Of a DNA stretch of 64,000 nucleotides, positions 58,175 through 64,000 are shown piece after piece. Origin of the DNA: Phenylobacterium sp. (GTDB taxonomy: Bacteria; Pseudomonadota; Alphaproteobacteria; Caulobacterales; Caulobacteraceae). The stretch covers positions 697,787 to 761,786 of the forward strand of contig NZ_JBKBUH010000001.1 in the NCBI RefSeq assembly GCF_046290725.1. The letters run 5' to 3'. Under the pieces are notes generated by a model that did not search any database, was not told the origin of the DNA, and was given only the letters and a program-made list of their open reading frames with translations. The first letter of the stretch is position 1. The number at the start of each line of letters is the position of its first letter. The position numbers and the translations under genes were made by a program.

Positions 58175-59056
58175 ATGCCGATCTATTATCCCGACATCCT
58201 CGACCAGAAGACCGCGCCGCGCACCTTCAGCTACGGCGACAAGGACGTGATGCTCTACGCGCTCGGCATCGGCATGGGCGCCGATCCGATGAACGCCGAG
58301 GAACTGCCCTTCGTCTATGAGAAGAACCTCAAGGTCGTGCCGACCGCCGCCACGGTGCTTGCCGCGGCCCTGCGCGGCCAGGCCGGCCCGGCGCCGGAAA
58401 TGCCGGCCGGCCACCGGCCCAGCCAGATCAACTTCCTGATGGTGGTTCATGGGGAGCAGAAGGTGGAGCTGCACAAGCCCCTGCCCGCCTCCGGAACCTT
58501 CACCGCCCAGGGCCGAACGGTCGGCGCCTACGACAAGGGCAAGGACAAGGGCGCCGTCATCGTCAACGAGACCGTCTGGACCGACGAGAAGGGTGAGAAG
58601 GTCGCCACCCTGACCGGCTCCACCTTCGCCCGCGGCGACGGCGGTTTCGGCGGCCCTTCGGAAGGGGCGCCCGAACCGCACGTGGTCCCCACGCGCAGCC
58701 CGGACCTCTCGGTGGACTTCGCCACCCGGCCCGACCAGGCCCTGCTCTACCGGCTGAACGGCGACCGCAACCCGCTGCATTCCGATCCGGACGTGGCCAA
58801 GCGCGCCGGCTTCGAGCGGCCGATCCTCCACGGGCTCTGCACCTACGGCATCACCTGCCGGGCCGTGCTGCAGGCGATCACCGGCTTCGATCCCGACCAG
58901 ATCTATTCGCACCAGGCCCGCTTCTCGGCGCCGGTCTTCCCGGGCGACACCGTCACGGTGGACCTGTGGAAGGACGGCAAGAACATCTCGTTCGAAGCCC
59001 GCGTGAAGGCCCGCAACGCCACTGTCATCAAGAACGGCCTGGCGGTCCTGCGGTAG
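58175..59056 (+). CDS. MaoC-family (R)-enoyl-CoA hydratase (double hotdog)
   Basis: LYALGIG, VHGEQ, YRLNGDRNPLHSDP hydratase-2 motif, PILHGLCTYG. Confidence 0.92.
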   Translation: MPIYYPDILDQKTAPRTFSYGDKDVMLYALGIGMGADPMNAEELPFVYEKNLKVVPTAATVLAAALRGQAGPAPEMPAGHRPSQINFLMVVHGEQKVELHKPLPASGTFTAQGRTVGAYDKGKDKGAVIVNETVWTDEKGEKVATLTGSTFARGDGGFGGPSEGAPEPHVVPTRSPDLSVDFATRPDQALLYRLNGDRNPLHSDPDVAKRAGFERPILHGLCTYGITCRAVLQAITGFDPDQIYSHQARFSAPVFPGDTVTVDLWKDGKNISFEARVKARNATVIKNGLAVLR

Positions 59057-59066
59057 GAAGTTCTGG

Positions 59067-59098
59067 GGCGTTCCCGTTCGTAGCGGAGCGGGAACGCC
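59067..59098. terminator. Hairpin between convergent genes
   Basis: GGCGTTCCCG / CGGGAACGCC 10-bp perfect stem; no U tract. Confidence 0.55.
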
Positions 59099-59100
59099 GT

Positions 59101-60192
59101 CTAGAGGGGCCCGCGCAGTCGGTTCACATGCCCCATCTTGCGGCCGGGCTTGGCCTCGCGCTTGCCGTAGAGGTGGACGCGGGTTTCCGGTTCGGCGGCG
59201 TATTTTGGCCAGGTCTCGACCTCCTCGCCGAGGAGGTTGAGCATCTCCACCTGGGCTCGCGCATGCGTGGGGCCGAGCGGCCAGCCGGCGACGGCGCGGA
59301 TATGCTGCTCGAACTGGTCGACCTCGCAGCCGTCCTGGGTCCAGTGGCCGGTGTTGTGCACCCGGGGCGCGATCTCGTTCACGAGCAGCTTGCCGCCGGC
59401 CATCTCGAAGAGCTCGATCCCGATCACGCCCACATAGTCGAGCGCGTTCAGCACCCGCGCGGCGATGCGCTCGGCCTGGGCCGCCGTCTCGGGCGCCACG
59501 CGCGCCGGCGCCACGCTGCGGCGCAGGACCCCCTTTTCGTGGTGGTTTTCCGCCAGGGGATAGACCGCCACCGCCCCGTCGCGGCCACGGGCGGCGATCA
59601 CCGAAAGCTCGCGAACGAAGTCGGCCGGAGCTTCGAGGATCACCGGGCGGCCGCCGAGCGCTTCGAAAACGGCGGGGGCGTCGGCGGCGTGCTCCACCCA
59701 GCGCTGCCCCTTGCCGTCATAGCCTTCGCGCCGGGTCTTCATCAGGCAAGGCGCGCCGAGCTTCAAGGCGGCCGCGGCGGCGGCTTCAGGCGTGTCGGCG
59801 GGCTCGAAGGCCACGGTGGGGGCGCCGGCCTCGTTCAGAAACCGCTTCTCGGCGGCCCGATCCTGGGCCACGGCGAGCGCCAGGGCGCCCGGCGCCACTT
59901 CGACGCCGAGGCCTACGAGCCGCTCGACGGCGACGGCGGGCACGTTCTCGAACTCGTATGTGACCACCGGGCACAGCTCGGCCAGGGCCTTCAGCGCCTT
60001 CGGATCGTCATAGGCGCCGACGATGCAATGGGCGGCGACCCGCGCCGCCGGAGAGTCCGCCTCGGGCTCCAGGATCGCCACGTCGAAGCCGAGCCTGGCC
60101 GCGGCCTGGGCCAGCATGCGGCCGAGCTGCCCGCCGCCGAGGATCCCGAGGGTGGAGCCCGGCGGCAGCGGAAACCTGGCGGTCGCGCTCAA
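59101..60192 (-). CDS. purK: N5-CAIR synthetase (TTG start overlapping the purE stop)
   Basis: [59 protein letters not shown]. Confidence 0.96.
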   Translation of the reverse strand: MSATARFPLPPGSTLGILGGGQLGRMLAQAAARLGFDVAILEPEADSPAARVAAHCIVGAYDDPKALKALAELCPVVTYEFENVPAVAVERLVGLGVEVAPGALALAVAQDRAAEKRFLNEAGAPTVAFEPADTPEAAAAAALKLGAPCLMKTRREGYDGKGQRWVEHAADAPAVFEALGGRPVILEAPADFVRELSVIAARGRDGAVAVYPLAENHHEKGVLRRSVAPARVAPETAAQAERIAARVLNALDYVGVIGIELFEMAGGKLLVNEIAPRVHNTGHWTQDGCEVDQFEQHIRAVAGWPLGPTHARAQVEMLNLLGEEVETWPKYAAEPETRVHLYGKREAKPGRKMGHVNRLRGPL

Positions 60193-60683
60193 GCGTCTTC
60201 CACCGTCTCGGCCACGCTTTCGGTCTGGCGGGCGCGGTGGCGGGCCAGTCGCTCGGCGAGCGCGGGGTCGGAAAGGGCGAGAATCTGAGCGGCCAGGAGG
60301 CCTGCGTTGCGGGCGCCGGCCTCGCCGATGGCCAGCGTCCCCACCGGCACGCCGGCGGGCATCTGGGCGATGGAGAGCAGGCTGTCCATGCCTTTCAGCG
60401 CCTTGGATTCGATCGGCACGCCGAGAACCGGGAGCTCGGTCATGGAGGCGGTCATGCCCGGCAGATGGGCGGCCCCGCCGGCGCCGGCGATGATCACCTT
60501 GACGCCGCGCTCGCGGGCCGTGCGGGCGAAATCGTACATCCGCTGCGGCGTGCGGTGGGCGGAGACCACCTTGGCCTCGTAAGCCACGCCCAGGGCCTCC
60601 AGGCTCTCGGCCGCCCCTTTCATCGTCGGCCAGTCGGAGCGGCTGCCCATGATGATGGCGACCGGCGCGGAGGTGGCGCTCAT
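60189..60683 (-). CDS. purE: N5-CAIR mutase
   Basis: [35 protein letters not shown]. Confidence 0.97.
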   Translation of the reverse strand: MSATSAPVAIIMGSRSDWPTMKGAAESLEALGVAYEAKVVSAHRTPQRMYDFARTARERGVKVIIAGAGGAAHLPGMTASMTELPVLGVPIESKALKGMDSLLSIAQMPAGVPVGTLAIGEAGARNAGLLAAQILALSDPALAERLARHRARQTESVAETVEDA

Positions 60684-60805
60684 GTTCGGTAAGGCCCCGT
60701 TCGGAAAGGCGCGGAGTATAGGCGCCGGCTTTGCGCCCGCAACCGAGGACGGCTAGATTCTTAACGCTGTCGGCCAGACGCCGATTCGAGACCCCGCGAG
60801 GGCCC

Positions 60806-61540
60806 ATGAAGATCACCGGCGCGCGCCCCGAATTCTTCTCGGCGATCCGCAAACGCGCCCTGACCCGCGCGGCGGCCGCGCAGGTCCCGGGCGGCGCGCC
60901 GGCCGACGCCACCGCGTTCCTGGGCCTTTCGGAAGCCGACCTCACGCCCGCCGTGCAGGGGGCGCTGAAGACCCTGCTGGCCGAGATCGACGACCTGCGC
61001 GCCGAAGTCGGCCGGCTGAAGGGGCGGCTTTCGGAGGCCGAGGGCCTGGCCGACCGCGACGCCTTGACCCCGCTCCTCAACCGGCGGGCCTTCGTGCGGG
61101 AACTGTCGCGGGTGCGCACCTTCGGCCAACGCTACGGCGGTCGAGCCAGCATCGTCTATTTCGATATCGACGGCTTCAAGGCGGTCAACGACCGCTACGG
61201 TCACGCCGCCGGCGACGCGGCCCTGGTCGCCGTGGCCGAACGGCTTCTGTCGCAGGTGCGCGAGAGCGACGTGGTGGCGCGGATGGGCGGCGACGAGTTC
61301 GCGGTGATCCTGGTCCAGGCCGATGCGGCCGTCGCCGAAGCCAAGGCCGAAGCCCTGGCCGCTGCGATCGAGCGGGCGCCGATCCGGTTCGGGGAATGGA
61401 GCGCGCCGCTGCACGTCTCCCACGGCGTGCGGGAAGTCTCCGCCGAACTCGAGCCCGAGGCCCTGATCGCCGAGGCCGACGCGGCGATGTTCGCCCGCAA
61501 GCGCGCGCGGCGGATCGCCGTGCGGACGGCGCTTCCCTGA
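60806..61540 (+). CDS. Diguanylate cyclase (coiled coil plus GGDEF)
   Basis: DALTPLLNRR, DIDGFKAVNDRYGHAAGD, RESD I-site, RMGGDEF. Confidence 0.93.
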   Translation: MKITGARPEFFSAIRKRALTRAAAAQVPGGAPADATAFLGLSEADLTPAVQGALKTLLAEIDDLRAEVGRLKGRLSEAEGLADRDALTPLLNRRAFVRELSRVRTFGQRYGGRASIVYFDIDGFKAVNDRYGHAAGDAALVAVAERLLSQVRESDVVARMGGDEFAVILVQADAAVAEAKAEALAAAIERAPIRFGEWSAPLHVSHGVREVSAELEPEALIAEADAAMFARKRARRIAVRTALP

Positions 61541-61589
61541 CGCGCGCGTCAAGCCGCTAGAATGGCTCCTCCATACGGGAGGGAAAGCC

Positions 61590-61958
61590 ATGATCGGCTA
61601 CGTCACCATCGGCAGCAACGACCTTGAAAAGGCCAAGGCCTTCTACGACGCCGTCCTGGCGCCGCTGGGCGCGGCGCGCGGCTTCGATCTGGGGCGGATG
61701 CAGCTCTACAACGCCGGCGGCGGCCCGGCGCTCGCCGTCTGCACCCCCTATGACGAGCAGGACGCGCAGCCCGGCAACGGGACCATGGTCGCCCTGCAGG
61801 CGCCCTCCCATGAGGTGATCGGCGAGGTGCACGCTGCGGCGCTCGCCAACGGCGGGACATGCGAAGGCCCGCCCGGACCGCGCGGCGTGCCCGGCTTCTA
61901 CGGCGCCTATTTCCGCGATCTGGACGGCAACAAGCTCTGCGTCTTCAAGATGGGCTGA
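61590..61958 (+). CDS. VOC/glyoxalase family protein
   Basis: MIGYVTIGSNDL, GNGTMVAL, FYGAYFRDLDGNKL. Confidence 0.9.
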   Translation: MIGYVTIGSNDLEKAKAFYDAVLAPLGAARGFDLGRMQLYNAGGGPALAVCTPYDEQDAQPGNGTMVALQAPSHEVIGEVHAAALANGGTCEGPPGPRGVPGFYGAYFRDLDGNKLCVFKMG

Positions 61959-61968
61959 GGCCGCCGCC

Positions 61969-62190
61969 TCAGGCGATGATGTCGGGCAGCAGGGAATCCT
62001 TCAGCCGCTCGATCTCGTCCTTGAGCGCCAGCTTCTTCCGTTTCAGCCGGGCGATGACCATCATGTCCGGCAAGGGCGCCAGGGCGAGCGCCTGGACGGC
62101 GGCGTCGAGGTCGGAATGCTCCTGGGCGAGCTGGTTGAGCCTGGCTCGGATCGCCGCCTCGTCCGTATCCTGCGGCCCTAGATCGTTCAT
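61969..62190 (-). CDS. YdcH/DUF465 family protein
   Basis: LAQEHSDLDAAV...RLKRKKLALKDEI. Confidence 0.88.
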   Translation of the reverse strand: MNDLGPQDTDEAAIRARLNQLAQEHSDLDAAVQALALAPLPDMMVIARLKRKKLALKDEIERLKDSLLPDIIA

Positions 62191-62247
62191 GCGGCTTCAG
62201 CCCTACGCGCCCAACGGCCGAAGAATGCGCGCGCTTAGGGCCGGCGT

Positions 62248-62694
62248 CTAGCTCAAGGCGGCGGCGAGGCGGGCCAGGCCGGCGGCCGGCGGTGGATCGC
62301 CCCAGGCCTCCGCGGCGGCGGTCAGGGCGGCGAGCGGCGGCGCCCGCCCGCCCGGCCCCGAGACCAGCGCTTCGAGCGCCTCCAGCAGCACCCTCTCGGC
62401 CTGGAGCTCGACCACCTTGACCTGTTCGCGCAGGGTCAGGCGGGCCGCAGCGTCGATGGGCGGCAGGTCGGACTTCAGGGCGCGGCGGGTCCGCCGGAGC
62501 GGTTGCAGGGCGGCCGTTTCCCAGGACCGCGCCGCCCGCGCGCCTTTCGTCAGGTCCTGTGGCGTCGCGCCGCCGGCCCAAACCGCCCAGAGCAGATAGG
62601 CGACGCTCTGGCCGTGCTCGTCCTGCAATGAAAGCGCCGCCTCGGCGACGCCCGGCCGCGCATACGCCTCGACCGCCCAATCCCAGAGCCGCAC
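62248..62694 (-). CDS. TIGR02444-family protein
   Basis: LWDWAVEAYARPGV..A.L.LQD, LRRTRRALK, REQVKVVELQAER; follows ubiX. Confidence 0.85.
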   Translation of the reverse strand: MRLWDWAVEAYARPGVAEAALSLQDEHGQSVAYLLWAVWAGGATPQDLTKGARAARSWETAALQPLRRTRRALKSDLPPIDAAARLTLREQVKVVELQAERVLLEALEALVSGPGGRAPPLAALTAAAEAWGDPPPAAGLARLAAALS

Positions 62695-62698
62695 CGGC

Positions 62699-63298
62699 TC
62701 AGTCGCCCCCGGAGAGGGGGCCGATGTCGCGGCCCCAGCGGCGCACCGGCTTCCACGAAAGGCCGAAGAGGTCGAGGGCGCGGCCCACCGACTGGTCGAC
62801 CATCTCCTCCAGGGTGGCCGGTTTGGCGTAGAAGGCCGGCAGGGGCGGGGCGATCACCGCTCCCATTTCGGCCAGGCGCACCATGGTGCGCAGGTGGCCC
62901 AGGTGCAGGGGCGTCTCGCGCACCATCAGCACCAGCGGACGGCGCTCCTTGAGGGTTACGTCGGCGGCGCGGGTGAGCAGCGAGGAGGTCACGCCGGTGG
63001 CGATCTCGCTCATGGTGCGAACCGAACAGGGGGCGACGATCATGCCCAGCGTCGGGAAGGATCCCGAAGCCACGGACGCCCCCACGTCGCCCGGCCGATG
63101 CGCCACCTCGGCCTTGGCGTGGACGTCGGCGACGGAGAGATCGGTCTCCTGGGAAAGCGTCAGGGCCGCGGCCCGGGAGAGGATCAGGTGGCTCTCCACG
63201 CCCAGCTCGCGGCAGGCGTCCAGCACCCGCAGGCCATAGGCGATCCCGCTCGCGCCCGAGACGCCAACCACCAGCCGCGCCCGCTCCTCAACGCCCAT
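62699..63298 (-). CDS. ubiX: Flavin prenyltransferase
   Basis: VGVSGASG, ASGS, APCS, RAADVTLKERRPLVLMVRETP, PAFY. Confidence 0.95.
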   Translation of the reverse strand: MGVEERARLVVGVSGASGIAYGLRVLDACRELGVESHLILSRAAALTLSQETDLSVADVHAKAEVAHRPGDVGASVASGSFPTLGMIVAPCSVRTMSEIATGVTSSLLTRAADVTLKERRPLVLMVRETPLHLGHLRTMVRLAEMGAVIAPPLPAFYAKPATLEEMVDQSVGRALDLFGLSWKPVRRWGRDIGPLSGGD

Positions 63299-63427
63299 CC
63301 CTTAGGTCCCCTCGCCCGATTTCAAGGCGCCGGATCTTAATCCGGGTCTGCAAACATATGTGATCTGACACGTCAGGCCAGCGGGTGTTCACTCTGGCCG
63401 TTGGTTCAATCAAGGAGACGAAGCGAC

Positions 63428-63604
63428 ATGGCCGTTGATGCCCGGATCCGTGAACTTGGATCTCGTCACCAGAACCTCGAGCGAATGATTCAGGAAGAGG
63501 TGAGCCGACCGGTCGCAGACGACGTCAAGCTGAAGGAACTGAAGCGAAAGAAGCTCAAGCTCAAGGAAGAGATGGAGGCCCTGCGCGCGCAAGCCGCGCA
63601 CTAG
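63428..63604 (+). CDS. YdcH/DUF465 family protein
   Basis: RIRELGSRHQNLE...LKRKKLKLKEEM; AGGAG RBS. Confidence 0.88.
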   Translation: MAVDARIRELGSRHQNLERMIQEEVSRPVADDVKLKELKRKKLKLKEEMEALRAQAAH

Positions 63605-63758
63605 GCTCCCCCTCTCCGTCCGGCGCCGCGAAGGCGGAGGCCGGACGCCAGGCGGCCCTGAACGACGTCCTCACCTGGTCCCGGGGACGGTCGGCGGGGT
63701 CGTCTGAGCTGGCTGAAGGGGAGCCGCCGAAAGCCGGAGCTCCCCTCGGACGTGGCCT

Positions 63759-64000
63759 TCAGACCGCGTCGTCTTCATCCTCTTCCTGATAGGCGAAGTC
63801 GGCGGCGGGCTGCTCGTCGTCCTCCGGCAACAGGCCGGTCTCCGAGGCGGGCGCCAGGGTCGGGCCTTCCGGTTCGACGACGCCGCGCTTGGCGTCGTCC
63901 TTGGCCTTCTTGTCCGCGGCCTTCCGGACCACCGCATCCAGCTCGAGCTGGGTGGCGAGGCCCAGCGTCACCGGATCCACCGGCTTGATGTTCGCCGAGT
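63759..64000 (-). CDS. trcR: 3' end of DUF1013 protein, cell-cycle transcription regulator TrcR (5' part outside the window)
   Basis: SANIKPVDPVTLGLATQLELDAVVRKA matches the conserved DUF1013 C-terminal block; acidic tail. Confidence 0.8.
   Translation of the reverse strand, partial: SANIKPVDPVTLGLATQLELDAVVRKAADKKAKDDAKRGVVEPEGPTLAPASETGLLPEDDEQPAADFAYQEEDEDDAV

Noticed and set aside
59101-61119. 672-aa ORF suggesting a purK fusion
   Set aside because: The upstream part is an alternate frame over purE and antisense to the GGDEF gene; real purK starts at TTG 60192

Overview
GC-rich alphaproteobacterial chromosome segment, most consistent with Caulobacteraceae (Phenylobacterium-like; an inference from chpT, trcR, a PEPxxWA-CTERM protein and gene order). 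It is mostly housekeeping and metabolic: amn, htpX, cysQ, chpT, dapD-HAD-argB, rpmH-rnpA-yidC-engB, map, dapE, ydbH-ynbE-ydbL, beta-oxidation genes, dps, a TonB receptor, ybaK, cbs plus cystathionine lyase, hisS-hisZ-hisG, pgi, a DsbD/ScsB-like reductase with a redoxin, purE-purK, a GGDEF protein, ubiX and the 3' end of trcR. I saw no rRNA, tRNA, CRISPR array, integrase or transposase. The most interesting signals are small and mostly absent from the ORF track. (1) A 25-codon His-rich leader peptide (HHGHHH) and a second uORF precede hisS-hisZ-hisG. (2) A four-hairpin sRNA candidate with an FNR/FixK-like box lies downstream of hisG. (3) Three exact sigmaT/EcfG promoters (GGAAC-N16-CGTT), two of them back-to-back, would drive an uncharacterised nucleotidyltransferase + metallophosphoesterase pair, a small orphan ORF, and dps plus a 2H-phosphoesterase-like gene. 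(4) A DEDDh-exonuclease-like protein lacks all its catalytic acidic residues. (5) A perfect CtrA box precedes a secreted protein with a symmetric 6-Cys motif. (6) Two families of REP-like palindromic repeats are present. All family assignments come from motif recognition by eye; no database searches were run.
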